64,000 nucleotides of DNA from an uncultured delta proteobacterium (GTDB taxonomy: Bacteria; Desulfobacterota; Binatia; JACPRU01): contig CAVUWD010000016.1 in the NCBI GenBank assembly GCA_963745025.1, positions 448,001-512,000 of the forward strand, read 5' to 3'. Below are positions 11,310 to 21,938 of this stretch, piece by piece. The position numbers were made by a program, and so were the translations under genes. Within the stretch, counting starts at the first letter, position 1. Every line of letters starts with the position of its first letter. The notes beneath the pieces were generated by a model. That model did not search any database. It worked only from the letters and a program-made list of their open reading frames with translations, and was not told the origin of the DNA.

Positions 11310-12587
11310 ATGTTCGTACTGGAAAAGCTGGAGTTACCGAAGCTAGGCCTCGCCGGCCTCGAGGCCGCGCTGACCGCGGACGAGCTCGCCCTGCAACGTT
11401 CCGTCCATGAGTTTGCCGAGGCCGTGATGCGGCCCATCGGCCGGGACCTGGACAGAATGACGCCCGACGAGGTCGTTGCCTCCGGATCGCCGCTCTTCAC
11501 GTTTCTGCGGCGCTTCAAGGAGGCCGGCATCGTCGATCTCCCGACGCTCGCGACGCTGCCGAACGAACAGAAGGGGCGGCTGATGCCGATCGTCTTCGAG
11601 GAGCTCGGCTGGGGGGACGCTGGACTCGCGCTCCTGGGTCTGGTGTCGAGCTTCCCGGCCTTCGCCGCCTACACGACCGGCAACCCGGAACTGATCGAGC
11701 GTTTCGACAACGTGCCCGGATGTTGGCTGGGCACGCAGCCCGACCGTGGCGGCGACGTCGTCGATCTCGACGTCCAGGAGGTCCACCCAGGTGCCCGGCA
11801 GGACAAGGGCAACCTTGGTGCACGCGTGGAGGGCGATGAGGTTGTCATTACGGGGCAGTCGTCCGCGTGGGTGTCGGGCGCCCCGATCGCGCAGGCGGCC
11901 TTCGCGTACATCCCGTGCGACTACGGGGACGGCCTCTATCGCGGCGCCGGCCTGCAGCACATCGCGATCCTGATCCCTCTGGATCTCGCCGGTGTCAGCA
12001 AAGGCAAACCAGTGGACAAGCTCGGCCAGCGGACGCTGCCCCAGGGCGAACTCTTCTTCGACGACGTCCGCGTGCCGGGCAAGTACGTCGTCGCCGGCAA
12101 GGACACGGCGATAGCGAGCATGGTCGGCGCGCTGACCTTCGGAAACATGGAGATGGGGGCCACCTTCACCGGGGTCGCCCGGGCGGCCTTCGAGCACGCG
12201 CTTGCCTACGTGCACGAGCGGCATCAGGGCGGTGTCAAACTGGTGGCCCACCAAACCGTTCGGCATCGTCTGTTTACGATGTGGCAGAAGCTCGAGGCCG
12301 CCCGCGCCTTGTCGCGGCGGGTCTTCGCGTACAACTACGGCCCGCACGGGCCGCACGTGATGGCGTCGATTACCAGCAAGACGTTCGTGACGCAGACCGC
12401 GCTCGAGTTGGCGAACGAGGCGATTCAGCTCTTCGGGGGCAACGGGCTGACGAAAGAGTACCCCGTCGAGAAGCTGATGCGCGATGCACGCGCCGCGCTG
12501 ATCGAAGACGGCGAGAACACTCTCCTCGGCCTGAAGGCGGCGTCGTGGCTCAGCCGCTGGTACGAGGCGCAGCTCGGTGTGCACTGA
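11310..12587 (+). CDS. Acyl-CoA dehydrogenase family protein
   Basis: KLGQR..PQGELFFDDVRVP and AIQLFGGNGLTKEYPVEKLMRDA motifs. Confidence 0.92.
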   Translation: MFVLEKLELPKLGLAGLEAALTADELALQRSVHEFAEAVMRPIGRDLDRMTPDEVVASGSPLFTFLRRFKEAGIVDLPTLATLPNEQKGRLMPIVFEELGWGDAGLALLGLVSSFPAFAAYTTGNPELIERFDNVPGCWLGTQPDRGGDVVDLDVQEVHPGARQDKGNLGARVEGDEVVITGQSSAWVSGAPIAQAAFAYIPCDYGDGLYRGAGLQHIAILIPLDLAGVSKGKPVDKLGQRTLPQGELFFDDVRVPGKYVVAGKDTAIASMVGALTFGNMEMGATFTGVARAAFEHALAYVHERHQGGVKLVAHQTVRHRLFTMWQKLEAARALSRRVFAYNYGPHGPHVMASITSKTFVTQTALELANEAIQLFGGNGLTKEYPVEKLMRDARAALIEDGENTLLGLKAASWLSRWYEAQLGVH

Positions 12588-12710
12588 CGCCGGACATGGG
12601 AGGAAGTGAAATGAATGATCGTGCGGTCCTTGGCGGGCGTCGACCGAAGCCAGCGCTGACGCCACGTTGTCCGCCGTGATCCACGCGCGCCGCCGGAGAT
12701 CGATCGCTAT

Positions 12711-12811
12711 CTAGTGTAGTGTCTCCGAATCAACTTTACAGTTGATCTGCTGTTTCTGCTCCTGTTGCAGTGAGTTCTAAATGTAAAGCTCTTTGTGAGA
12801 CACTATACTAG
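12711..12811. mobile_element. IS630-type MITE, copy 1
   Basis: Ends CTAGTGTAGTGTCTC / GAGACACTATACTAG, AT-rich interior, no ORF; inverted copy at 35666-35765. Confidence 0.85.
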
Positions 12812-12851
12812 TCTTCAGGGCTCGCCTGCTTGACCACGGCGGGCGCTATCG

Positions 12852-15800
12852 ATGCGCTGCTCAAAGTGTGGCCGGGAGAATCGAGCCGGCCGAAGGTTCT
12901 GCGCCCATTGCGGCGCCAAGCTCACGCTCGTCTGCGCCTCCTGCAAAGCCGAGAACGAGTCGGGGGAGCAGTTCTGCGGAGAATGCGGCAAATCACTCGC
13001 GGGTCTGGCGGCGCCGGTTCGAACGCCGGACCCCCGCTCTTACCCCCCGGACCACCTCGCCGAGAAGATCCTGACTTCACGCAGCGTCCTCGAAGGCGAA
13101 CGCAAGCAGGTGACCGTGCTCTTCGCCGACGTGAAGGGCTCGATGGAGCTCGGCGAGAAGGTCGATCCGGAGGAGTGGTATCGGATCATGGACCGCTTCT
13201 TCCAGATCCTCTCCGATGGGGTCCACCGCTTCGAGGGGACGGTCGACAAGTTCACCGGCGACGGGATCATGGCGATATTCGGGGCGCCGATCGCCCACGA
13301 GGACCACGCACGGCGCGCCTGCTACACGGCGTTGCATCTGAGGGATGAACTTCGCCGATACGCCGAGGAGCTGAAACGTACACGGGGACTCAGCTTCTCC
13401 GTGCGTATGGGACTCAATTCGGGTGAGGTCGTCGTGGGAACGATCGGCGACGATCTCAAGATGGTCTACACGGCGCACGGCAACACCGTTGGACTCGGCC
13501 AGCGAATGGAGCAGCTCGCCACGCCCGATCAAGTCTATCTAACCGAGAACAGCGCGAAGCTCGTCTCGGGCTTCTTCTCCCTGCGCGACCTCGGCCCGTT
13601 CGAGCTCAAGGGGGTGAGCGCTCCGGTCCGGGTCTTCGAGTTAGAGGGCGTGGGCAGGCTCCACACTCCGCTCGAGGTCGCTCGCTCGCGCGGCTTCTCA
13701 CGGTTCGTCGGCCGTCAGGAAGAAACCGCGGCTCTGGAAGCCGCGCTCGCCCGGGCCATCGGCGGGAGCGCGCAGGTGGTCGGCGTCGTCGGCGAGCCAG
13801 GGGTCGGCAAGAGCCGGCTCTGCTTCGAGTTCCTCGAGCACTGCCGGGAACGGGGCCTCGCGATCTTCCAGGCGCACGGCGTTCCGCACGGGAAGGCGAT
13901 TCCCCTGCTGCCGATACTCGAGCTCTTTCGGAACTTCTTCGCCATCACGGACCAGGACTCCGATGAGGCCGCACGTGAAAAGATCGCCGAAAGGTTTGTG
14001 CTCCTCGACGAAAGCCTGCGCGAGTCTCTTCCGCTGATCTTCGATCTGCTTGGCGTTCCCGATCCGGAGCGTCCCGTGCCGCCGATGGACCCGGCGAAGC
14101 GTCAGCGCCAGCTTCACACCGTGGTGAAGCGCGTCACGCAGCTGTTCGGTCGGCAGCAGCCGGCGGTGGTGTTTCTAGAGGATCTGCACTGGTTCGACGG
14201 CGCGAGCGAGGGGTTTCTCGAGCCAATCATCGAAGCTCTGCCCGGTACGCAAGGGCTCGTGCTGGTGAACTTCCGCCCCGGGTATCACGCCGCGTGGATG
14301 CAGAAGTCCTACTACCAGCAGCTGCCACTGCTGCCGCTCGGGCCGGGGGCGATCGCGGAGCTGCTGCGGGAACTTCTCGGCACGGACCCTTCGCTGGCCA
14401 TACTTGCTGACCGCATCGGGGAGCAGGCGGGCGGGAACCCTTTCTTCATTGAAGAGGTGGTGCAGGCGCTGGCCGAGACCGGGAGCCTGGAGGGCGCAAA
14501 GGGGGCGTACCGGCTGGTGGGGCCCGCGGCCGATCTGCGGTTGCCGCCCACGGTCCAGGCCGTGCTCGCCGCTCGCATCGATCGGCTCGCGGAGCGGGAG
14601 AAGGGCGTGCTACAGACGGCGGCCGTGATCGGTAGGGAGTTCACCGAGCCGATCTTGCGCCGTGTCGTGGAGCTCCCTGAGGCGGAACTAACCGCCGCGC
14701 TCCAGAGGCTCACCGCGGCGGAGTTCATCTACGAGGAGGCTCTCGTTGCGGAGCCGGGGTACACGTTCAAGCATCCGCTGACGCAGGAGGTGGCGTACGG
14801 CTCGCAGCTCGGCGAGAGGCGCGCGCGTGTCCACGCCGAAGTGAAACGGGCGATCGCGGATCTACATCGCGACAGGCTCGACGAGAAAGCCGCGCTCCTT
14901 GCGCAACACTGGGAAGCGAGCGGCGACGCGCTGGAAGCTGCCGGCTGGCACGACCGGGCCGCACGATGGGCGGCCAGGAGCCAGGTCATGGAAGCTGTTC
15001 AGCACTATCGGAAGGTGCGCGAGCTCGTGCAAAAGGCCGCGGACTCCTGCGAGGCGGCCGATCTGGACCTTCGCGCTTGCTTGCGCCTCCTTGAAGTCGC
15101 ATATGCCGTCGGGCCTGCCGAGGAAGAAGCGCGGGTTCTTTATTCCGTCGGGAAGGACCTCGCCACTCGGAAAGGTGATCTTCGAATCCTCGCGCTCTTG
15201 AGCTCCGCCTACGCGGAGTTCCTGGCGGGTTACGGGTTGTCGGAGGAGTCGCTTCGCTATGGCGAGGAAGCTCTCGCGCTTGCTGAGCGCCGCGGTGACC
15301 CCTGGCTCAAGTTGATGACCCGCGTAGGCTTGCTTCGCGCGAGTCTCTACGGACGCCCCCAGAGGGGGCTCAACGTCGCCGAAGAGGGTCTCGAGCTGTC
15401 GGAAGCAGAACTCGAGCGGACACCGCCTCCGGCCGACACCCCGCCGTACGGTTGGTTCCGCGCCCATCTGTTTTTCTACAAGGGCGAGTTTCTCTGCCTT
15501 TTGGGACGGCCGAAGGAAGCGGAGGGGTGGTTTCTCCGCGCCATTGCGTTGGTCCGAGAAGCCGGCGATCTCGCTCTGCTTGCGAGTTTCCACTCGGCCG
15601 CAGCCGAGCCGCTTTACGGAATGCTCGGCGATGCCAGCGCAATGCTGACACATGCCCGGGAGGCCGTGCAGGGTGCGGAGAGACTCGAGGCGCCAGCCGT
15701 CATCGCGAACGCCTACAGGAGTCTCGGATCCGCGTTGCTGCACTCCGGAGCATTTGGAGACGCATTGGCGGCGTTCGAGAGGGCACTGGCCGTGCAGGAA

Positions 15801-16214
15801 GGCTTTCAGTGGAAGCCCTGGATTCTCGCCGGCCTCGCCTGGACGCATCTCGCTCTCGGAGACGGCGAGACGGCGCTGAAGAGGGCTCGCGAGGCGGCGA
15901 ACGTCACGCGGGGATTGCAGGGCAAGCTCACCGAGTTTGCCGTCCAAATTTGCGTCGCCCACGTTCTCCTCTCGACACGCGGCCGCGTGGCCCGAGAGGA
16001 GATCGAGTCTGCTCTACAAACCGCGGCAGAAGCGGTCGCAGCAATGGGCGCGAGGGGCTACGAGCCTGACGTGCTTATCGCGCGGGCGCGACTCGCCCGC
16101 CTGTTCGGTGACGAAGGCCGCTACCGCGGCGAGCTCTCCGAAGCCCACCGCCTCCTCACCGAAATGGGCGCAACGATCCGGGCGGAGCAGGTTGCGAAGG
16201 AGCTCGCCGGATGA
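12852..16214 (+). CDS. Double zinc ribbon - class III nucleotidyl cyclase - STAND (AAA_16) ATPase - TPR protein
   Basis: 4x CxxC; VTVLFADVKGS and FTGDGIMA cyclase aspartates; Walker A GEPGVGKS, Walker B FLEDLHW, GNPFF; helical-repeat C-terminus. Confidence 0.93.
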   Translation: MRCSKCGRENRAGRRFCAHCGAKLTLVCASCKAENESGEQFCGECGKSLAGLAAPVRTPDPRSYPPDHLAEKILTSRSVLEGERKQVTVLFADVKGSMELGEKVDPEEWYRIMDRFFQILSDGVHRFEGTVDKFTGDGIMAIFGAPIAHEDHARRACYTALHLRDELRRYAEELKRTRGLSFSVRMGLNSGEVVVGTIGDDLKMVYTAHGNTVGLGQRMEQLATPDQVYLTENSAKLVSGFFSLRDLGPFELKGVSAPVRVFELEGVGRLHTPLEVARSRGFSRFVGRQEETAALEAALARAIGGSAQVVGVVGEPGVGKSRLCFEFLEHCRERGLAIFQAHGVPHGKAIPLLPILELFRNFFAITDQDSDEAAREKIAERFVLLDESLRESLPLIFDLLGVPDPERPVPPMDPAKRQRQLHTVVKRVTQLFGRQQPAVVFLEDLHWFDGASEGFLEPIIEALPGTQGLVLVNFRPGYHAAWMQKSYYQQLPLLPLGPGAIAELLRELLGTDPSLAILADRIGEQAGGNPFFIEEVVQALAETGSLEGAKGAYRLVGPAADLRLPPTVQAVLAARIDRLAEREKGVLQTAAVIGREFTEPILRRVVELPEAELTAALQRLTAAEFIYEEALVAEPGYTFKHPLTQEVAYGSQLGERRARVHAEVKRAIADLHRDRLDEKAALLAQHWEASGDALEAAGWHDRAARWAARSQVMEAVQHYRKVRELVQKAADSCEAADLDLRACLRLLEVAYAVGPAEEEARVLYSVGKDLATRKGDLRILALLSSAYAEFLAGYGLSEESLRYGEEALALAERRGDPWLKLMTRVGLLRASLYGRPQRGLNVAEEGLELSEAELERTPPPADTPPYGWFRAHLFFYKGEFLCLLGRPKEAEGWFLRAIALVREAGDLALLASFHSAAAEPLYGMLGDASAMLTHAREAVQGAERLEAPAVIANAYRSLGSALLHSGAFGDALAAFERALAVQEGFQWKPWILAGLAWTHLALGDGETALKRAREAANVTRGLQGKLTEFAVQICVAHVLLSTRGRVAREEIESALQTAAEAVAAMGARGYEPDVLIARARLARLFGDEGRYRGELSEAHRLLTEMGATIRAEQVAKELAG

Positions 16215-19200
16215 AGTGCTCCGGATGCGGCCATGAGAACCGGGATGCCGCAAAGTTCTGCGAAGAATGTGCGGCTCCGCTCGGACGCAAGTGTGCAGGC
16301 TGCGGTGCCGAGCTTCGCCCCGTAGCCAAGTTCTGCGACGAGTGTGCGACGCCGGTAGCTAGCGGGCCCTCGACCCTCTCCGCCGACCCTCGCTCCTACA
16401 CGCCAAAGCACATTGCCGAGAAGATCCTCACCTCTCGCGCCGCGCTCGAAGGCGAGCGCAAGCAGGTGACGGTGCTCTTCGCCGACGTCAAGGGATCGCA
16501 GGAGCTCGCCCGCAGCGTCGGCGAAGAGGTCTGGCACCAGGTGCTCAACCGCTACTTCGAGATCCTCGCCGCCGGCGTCCACCGCTTCGAGGGAACGATC
16601 AACCAGTACACCGGCGACGGCATCATGGCTCTCTTCGGCGCCCCGATCGCACACGAGGACCACGCGCAGCGCGCCTGTTTCGCGGCGCTCGCGATCCGCG
16701 ACGAGCTGGCGGCGTTCTCGGCCGAGCTCCGCCGCACGCTCGGCCTCAACTTCTCGACGCGGATGGGGCTCAACTCGGGAGAGGTCGTGGTGGGACGCAT
16801 CGGCGACGATCTCCGGATGGACTACACCGCGCAAGGGCACACGGTCGGGCTCGCGGCCAGGATGCAGGCGCTCGCCGAGCCGGGGAAGATCTACCTGACC
16901 GAGATCACCGGGTCGCTGGTCTCGGGGTTCTTCGAGCTCAAGGATCTCGGCCGCTTCTCGATCAAGGGGGAGGAGCGGAACCTCCGCGTCTACGAGCTCC
17001 GCGGCGCGGGGCGCCTGCGGACGCGCTTCGACGTGGCGCGCGAGCGGGGACTCTCGCCGTTCGTCGGGCGCGATACCGAGATGGGCCTCCTCGAGGGCAG
17101 CCTCGCCGCCGCGCTCTCGGGGCAAGGGCACGCCGTCGGCGTGGTCTCCGAGGCAGGGATCGGCAAGAGCCGGCTCTGCTGGGAGTTCGCCGAGCGCTGT
17201 CGCTCTCGCGGTATCACCGTGTTCGAAGCGCGCGGCGTTCCGCAGGGGCAGACAACCTCGCTGCTGCCGATCCTCGAGATCTTCCGCGCCTACTTCGAGC
17301 TGCGTGAGGACGACGATCCGGGGACCGAGCGCGAGAAGGTCGCCGGGAAGCTCGTCCTCCTCGACGAACGTCTGCCGGAGGCGCTGCCGCGGATCTTCGA
17401 GCTCCTGCGGATGGGGGACAAGCGCGCATCCGCTCCCCGCGGCGATCCGGAAGCGCGCCGTCGCGAGCTCTCGCGCCTGCTCGCCGATCTCGTCCGCCTG
17501 CGCAGCGCCCGGGAGGCGCTGGTCATCGTCGGCGAGGACCTCCAATGGTGGGATGCCGCGAGCGAGCGGATGATCGAGAGCCTGGTCGAATCCGCGGCGA
17601 AGAGCCGCGCCCTCTTCGTCCTCAGCTGGCGGCCGGAGCACCGGCCGGACGTGCGGGATACCGCAGGCTATCGCGAGATCGTTCTCGGGCCGCTGGCCTC
17701 CGAGGCGACGCGTTCGCTGGTCACGCGGCTCCTCGGCGACCACCCGTCGGTCGCGAGCCTGGTCGAGCGGATCGTCGAGCGCAGCGAAGGGAATCCGTTC
17801 TTCGTCGAGGAGGTCATCCGGGCGATGACCGCGAGCGGTCAGCTGAAGGGAGAAGAAGGCGACTACCGCACGGTCCGGGCGGTCGACGAGATCGTGCTGC
17901 CGGCGACGGTCCAGGCCGTGATCGACGCGCGCATCGATGCGCTCAGCGAGCGGGACAAGACCGTTCTCCAGGCGGCAGCCGTCCTCGGCAAGGAGTTCTC
18001 GGCGGAGGTTCTCGAGCGTGTGGCGCAGCTGCCGGCGAAGGAGGTCAGGGAGGCGCTCGAGTCGCTCGCCGAAGGCGGCCTGATCGTGCATCTCCGAGCG
18101 GACGGGGGTGGGTGGGAGACGATCGCGCATTCGATCGTGGAGCTCTTCGAGCGCATCGTCAGCGGCGAGCGCCGATCCGAGGACCTCTACGCGTTTCGCC
18201 ATTCGCTCCTCCAGGAGGTGGCCTATCGCTCGCAGCTGGCCCAGCACAGGAACCGCCTCCACGCCGAGGTGGCGCACGCGCTCGAAGGGCTCGCTCCGGA
18301 GCACGCGGACGAGCGCGCGGCACTGATCGGGCATCACCTCGAAAGCGCCGGCGACCTACTTGCCGCGGCCCGCTGGTACACGCGAGCGGCGCGCTGGGAG
18401 GGCTCGCAGGACCCGGCGGAGGCGCTGCGGTGGTGGCAGAAGGTGCGTCTGCTCGTCGGCGAGATCGGCGACACTTCCGACGAGTCGCTCACGCTCTCGG
18501 TGATCTCCGGAATCCAGGTGCTGAATCTCAGCTGGCGGCTCGGCATCGCCGGCGACGAGGTCAAGGCGATCTTCGAGGAAACGCGCGCAGCGGCGGAGCG
18601 GACGGGACGCCCCGAGGCGCTGGCCGGAGCGTTCGCGACCTTCGGGTTGGTGCGCGGCATGGCCGGGCACGTGCGGGAATCGCTGCAGCATCTCCGCGAG
18701 GCGACGAAGCTCGTCGCGGGCTCGGAGAACGTCGGCCTCAGGCTCGCGATCGCCGGCGCGCGAGCCTACGCGGAGGCGGCGAGCGGCGAACTCGCCGCGG
18801 CGCTCGCGACCGCGGACGAAGCGCTCGAACAGGGCGGCGGAGATCTCGAGCTCGGGGCCGATCTGGCGGCGATGCGGCCGGTCCTGTTCTTGATCGCGCT
18901 ACGCGGCTTCGTGCTCACGCACGCCGGCCGTCTCGGCGAGGCCCGCGAGGCCCTCGAGCGTGCGCTCGCCGCCTCCGACGAAGAGCGCGACTCGGAAGTC
19001 GTCGGCTGGATCCACGGCTGGAAGGTGCAGCTCGCCGTCGTCAGTGGCGCCGACGAGCACGCGATGGAAGACGCCCGACGGGGCTCCGACATCGCGGAGA
19101 GGAACGGCAGCCAGTTCTCGCAGGTGATCGCGCTCTCTTACCTCGGACGCGCACACTTGCTCCGGGGCGAATGCGCCGAGGCTGCCTCGGCGCTGGAGAA

Positions 19201-19633
19201 GGCGCTCGCCCTGGCGCGGAGGCGAAGGACCGCGCTCGAGACCGAGCCGGAGATCGTCGCCAACCTCGCCCAGGCAGTCCTCATGTGCGGCGATCCGGAG
19301 AAGGCCGTGAGGCTGGCGGAGGAAGCGGTCGAGATCGCGCGGAGCCGCGGCGCGCGGCTCGGCGAAGTCATCGCGGGACGGATCCTGGGAAGCATTTTGG
19401 CGGGAGCAGGGCGGAGGCGGGCGGCGCGGCGAAGTCTCGAGCGCGCGCTCATGCTCGCGCGGGAGATCGGAGCGCGGTCGGTGGAGCCGTTCGCGCATCT
19501 CGGGCTCGCGGAGGTAGCGCGGCTGGCGGGGGATGAGAAGGTGAGGGCGGACGAGTTGGCGCGGGCTCGCGAGCTGTTCGGCGCGATCGGAGCCGAGGGG
19601 CATGCGGAGAGGGTTGAAGTGGTTCGCGGGTGA
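16211..19633 (+). CDS. Second tandem zinc ribbon-cyclase-STAND-TPR paralog
   Basis: Same architecture (SEAGIGKS, GEDLQW, GNPFF); ATGA overlap with the upstream paralog. Confidence 0.93.
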   Translation: MKCSGCGHENRDAAKFCEECAAPLGRKCAGCGAELRPVAKFCDECATPVASGPSTLSADPRSYTPKHIAEKILTSRAALEGERKQVTVLFADVKGSQELARSVGEEVWHQVLNRYFEILAAGVHRFEGTINQYTGDGIMALFGAPIAHEDHAQRACFAALAIRDELAAFSAELRRTLGLNFSTRMGLNSGEVVVGRIGDDLRMDYTAQGHTVGLAARMQALAEPGKIYLTEITGSLVSGFFELKDLGRFSIKGEERNLRVYELRGAGRLRTRFDVARERGLSPFVGRDTEMGLLEGSLAAALSGQGHAVGVVSEAGIGKSRLCWEFAERCRSRGITVFEARGVPQGQTTSLLPILEIFRAYFELREDDDPGTEREKVAGKLVLLDERLPEALPRIFELLRMGDKRASAPRGDPEARRRELSRLLADLVRLRSAREALVIVGEDLQWWDAASERMIESLVESAAKSRALFVLSWRPEHRPDVRDTAGYREIVLGPLASEATRSLVTRLLGDHPSVASLVERIVERSEGNPFFVEEVIRAMTASGQLKGEEGDYRTVRAVDEIVLPATVQAVIDARIDALSERDKTVLQAAAVLGKEFSAEVLERVAQLPAKEVREALESLAEGGLIVHLRADGGGWETIAHSIVELFERIVSGERRSEDLYAFRHSLLQEVAYRSQLAQHRNRLHAEVAHALEGLAPEHADERAALIGHHLESAGDLLAAARWYTRAARWEGSQDPAEALRWWQKVRLLVGEIGDTSDESLTLSVISGIQVLNLSWRLGIAGDEVKAIFEETRAAAERTGRPEALAGAFATFGLVRGMAGHVRESLQHLREATKLVAGSENVGLRLAIAGARAYAEAASGELAAALATADEALEQGGGDLELGADLAAMRPVLFLIALRGFVLTHAGRLGEAREALERALAASDEERDSEVVGWIHGWKVQLAVVSGADEHAMEDARRGSDIAERNGSQFSQVIALSYLGRAHLLRGECAEAASALEKALALARRRRTALETEPEIVANLAQAVLMCGDPEKAVRLAEEAVEIARSRGARLGEVIAGRILGSILAGAGRRRAARRSLERALMLAREIGARSVEPFAHLGLAEVARLAGDEKVRADELARARELFGAIGAEGHAERVEVVRG

Positions 19634-20070
19634 CGCTCTCGCGTAGAAGTAGTTCTTATGAGGCGAACGGCGATCGAGCGTCTGCAACGATGGAGAGCCG
19701 CCCACTTCGACGCCGACGGACAACCCGTCGAGCCACTCGAGCAGATCTCTTCGACGCTGGGGTGGAAAAGTCATCCCGACCAAACCCTCGCCGTCGCCCG
19801 CTCGACTTCATCATGGCCGCCAAGACCGACGCACTGGCCGCCACGGGAGGACACGGCGCGCACGCCGACACCCGAAGTAGGGCACCCGGCGAGCCGTCGC
19901 TGGGCTGCGGCGCGATACATGGCCACACTGCGCAGCCGCGGGTTGAAACGATCACCTTGACGCTCTCGTGCTTCGAGCGCTTGGGTCTTCAAGGCATCTG
20001 CGTCGCAATGAAGGAGCTCCTCAGCCAGCGCGGAGCCTCCGAATCACCAACACGAGGAAGGAGAAAAACC

Positions 20071-20826
20071 ATGAGCGATTCGAAGGGAAACTTCGTCTGG
20101 TACGAACTCGTCACGAGCAACATGGCCGCCGCCGAGGGGTTCTACGGGAAGGTCGTCGGCTGGGACGCGCAGGCGTTCGATGGCAGCGGCGGACCGTACA
20201 AGATCCTGAGCATGAAGGGGAAGGGCATCGGCGGGCTGATGGAGCTGCCCGCCGGCATGAGCGAGCCTTTCTGGTTGGGCTATGTCGGTACACCCGACGT
20301 CGACGCGGCGGTCGCGCGGCTGAAGGACGCCGGCGGGTCGGTCCACCGTGCGTTCGACATCACGAACGTCGGGCGGATCGCACTCGTCGCCGATCCGCAG
20401 GGCGTCGGCTTCGCGATGATCCAGGGCGCGAGCGACCGGCCGAGCGAAGCGTTCGACCAGAGCGCGCCGGGCCATGGCAACTGGCACGAACTGCACACGA
20501 CCGACTGGCGGGCGGCGTTCGATTTCTACGCGGGCCAGTTCGGCTGGACCAAGGGCGCCGCCTTGGACATGGGGCCGATGGGCACCTATCAGCTGTTCGA
20601 AGCCGACGGCGTCCAGATCGGCGGTATGATGAACAGCCCGAACTTCCCGCGGCCGATGTGGCTTTATTATTTCGGGACCGGCAACATCGACGACGCGGCC
20701 AGGCGCGTCACCAGCAATGGCGGCGCGATCCTGCACGGGCCGAGCGAGGTTCCGGGCGGCGGGTTCATCACCCAGGCGCGCGATCCGCAGGGTGCGATGT
20801 TCGCACTCGTCGGGCGGCGCGGTTGA
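20071..20826 (+). CDS. Two-domain VOC family protein
   Basis: FVWYEL and WHEL repeats, DPQG twice; strong RBS. Confidence 0.9.
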   Translation: MSDSKGNFVWYELVTSNMAAAEGFYGKVVGWDAQAFDGSGGPYKILSMKGKGIGGLMELPAGMSEPFWLGYVGTPDVDAAVARLKDAGGSVHRAFDITNVGRIALVADPQGVGFAMIQGASDRPSEAFDQSAPGHGNWHELHTTDWRAAFDFYAGQFGWTKGAALDMGPMGTYQLFEADGVQIGGMMNSPNFPRPMWLYYFGTGNIDDAARRVTSNGGAILHGPSEVPGGGFITQARDPQGAMFALVGRRG

Positions 20827-20840
20827 GCAAGGAGAGGACA

Positions 20841-21320
20841 ATGGCGAAAATCATCCCCCATCTCTGGTACAGCAGCGAGGCCGAGGAAGCCGCGAACTTC
20901 TATGCGTCGATCTTTCCGGATTCGAGCGTCGACCGGGTGACTACGCTTCCCAATGAGAGCCCCAGCGGCCCGGCGGGGTCGGTCAAGATCGTCGAGTTCA
21001 CCTTGTTCGGCCAACCATTCCAGGCGATCAGCGCTGGGCCGCTCGACCCGTTCAACCATGCCGTCTCGTTCATCGTGAACTGCGGCGACCAGGCCGAGGT
21101 CGATCGCTATTGGAACGCGCTGCTCGACGGCGGCAAGGCCGAGCAATGCGGCTGGCTGAAGGACAGATACGGCCTGTCGTGGCAGATCGTGCCGACCGCG
21201 CTCGGAAAGTTGATGACCGATCCCGACAGGGCGAAGGCCAAGCGCGTCGGCGACGCGATGCTGAAGATGGTCAAGCTCGACATCGCTAAGCTCGAGGCGG
21301 CGGCCGAGGGCGGGAAATGA
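20841..21320 (+). CDS. PhnB/3-demethylubiquinone-9 methyltransferase-like VOC protein
   Basis: KIIPHLW..AEEAANFY..QCGWLKDRYGLSWQIVP. Confidence 0.9.
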   Translation: MAKIIPHLWYSSEAEEAANFYASIFPDSSVDRVTTLPNESPSGPAGSVKIVEFTLFGQPFQAISAGPLDPFNHAVSFIVNCGDQAEVDRYWNALLDGGKAEQCGWLKDRYGLSWQIVPTALGKLMTDPDRAKAKRVGDAMLKMVKLDIAKLEAAAEGGK

Positions 21321-21790
21321 CGGCCGCCGCGCTGTTTGAGTTGGCGATCGAGCGTCATATCGATGCGCCGCCCGAAACCGTGTTCAAGGTGTGGACCGAA
21401 CGGCTCGAGGAATGGTGGGCGCCGAAGCCATGGACGACCCGGATCATCGAGCAGGATCTGCGCCCCGGCGGGCGGTCGGCGATGGTGATGAGCGGGCCCG
21501 CAGGCGAAACGTCGCCGATGGAGGGCGTGATCCTCGAGGTCGTTCCCAACGAGCGGATCGTCTTCACCAACGCCTTCACCGCGGGTTGGATTCCGCAGAC
21601 GCCGTTCATGGTCGGCTTCTTCGAGTTCGCGCCCGAAGGCGGTGGCACGCGCTATCGCGCGGGCGCGCGGCACTGGGACGAGACGACGATGAAGCAGCAT
21701 GAGGCGATGGGCTTCCAGCAGGGCTGGACACAGGTCGCGCGGCAGCTGGCGGAATTGGCCGAGGCAGAGCACAAGTCGCAGTCATCTTGA
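21317..21790 (+). CDS. SRPBCC/AHSA1 domain protein
   Basis: ERHIDAPPETVFKVWT..WWAP..DLRPGG..HEAMGF..GW. Confidence 0.9.
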   Translation: MTAAALFELAIERHIDAPPETVFKVWTERLEEWWAPKPWTTRIIEQDLRPGGRSAMVMSGPAGETSPMEGVILEVVPNERIVFTNAFTAGWIPQTPFMVGFFEFAPEGGGTRYRAGARHWDETTMKQHEAMGFQQGWTQVARQLAELAEAEHKSQSS

Positions 21791-21938
21791 CGAAAGTCAG
21801 GATCCATTGCCGCAACGAAGCGCGAATCGGCGGGAGATCACGCGGTGGCAGAAGCGGGCTGAGCGGGCGGAGGCGTCGGTCGATGTCCAAAAACAAACGG
21901 AAGTTGATCCCCCTCCGCCCCGACTGGAAGACACATCG

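Noticed and set aside
16121-19536. Long alternative ORFs (16121-18337 -, 17545-19536 +, also 2744-4294 - and 57573-59036 -)
   Set aside because: Shadow frames of high-GC genes; Arg/Ala/Gly-rich with no motifs.
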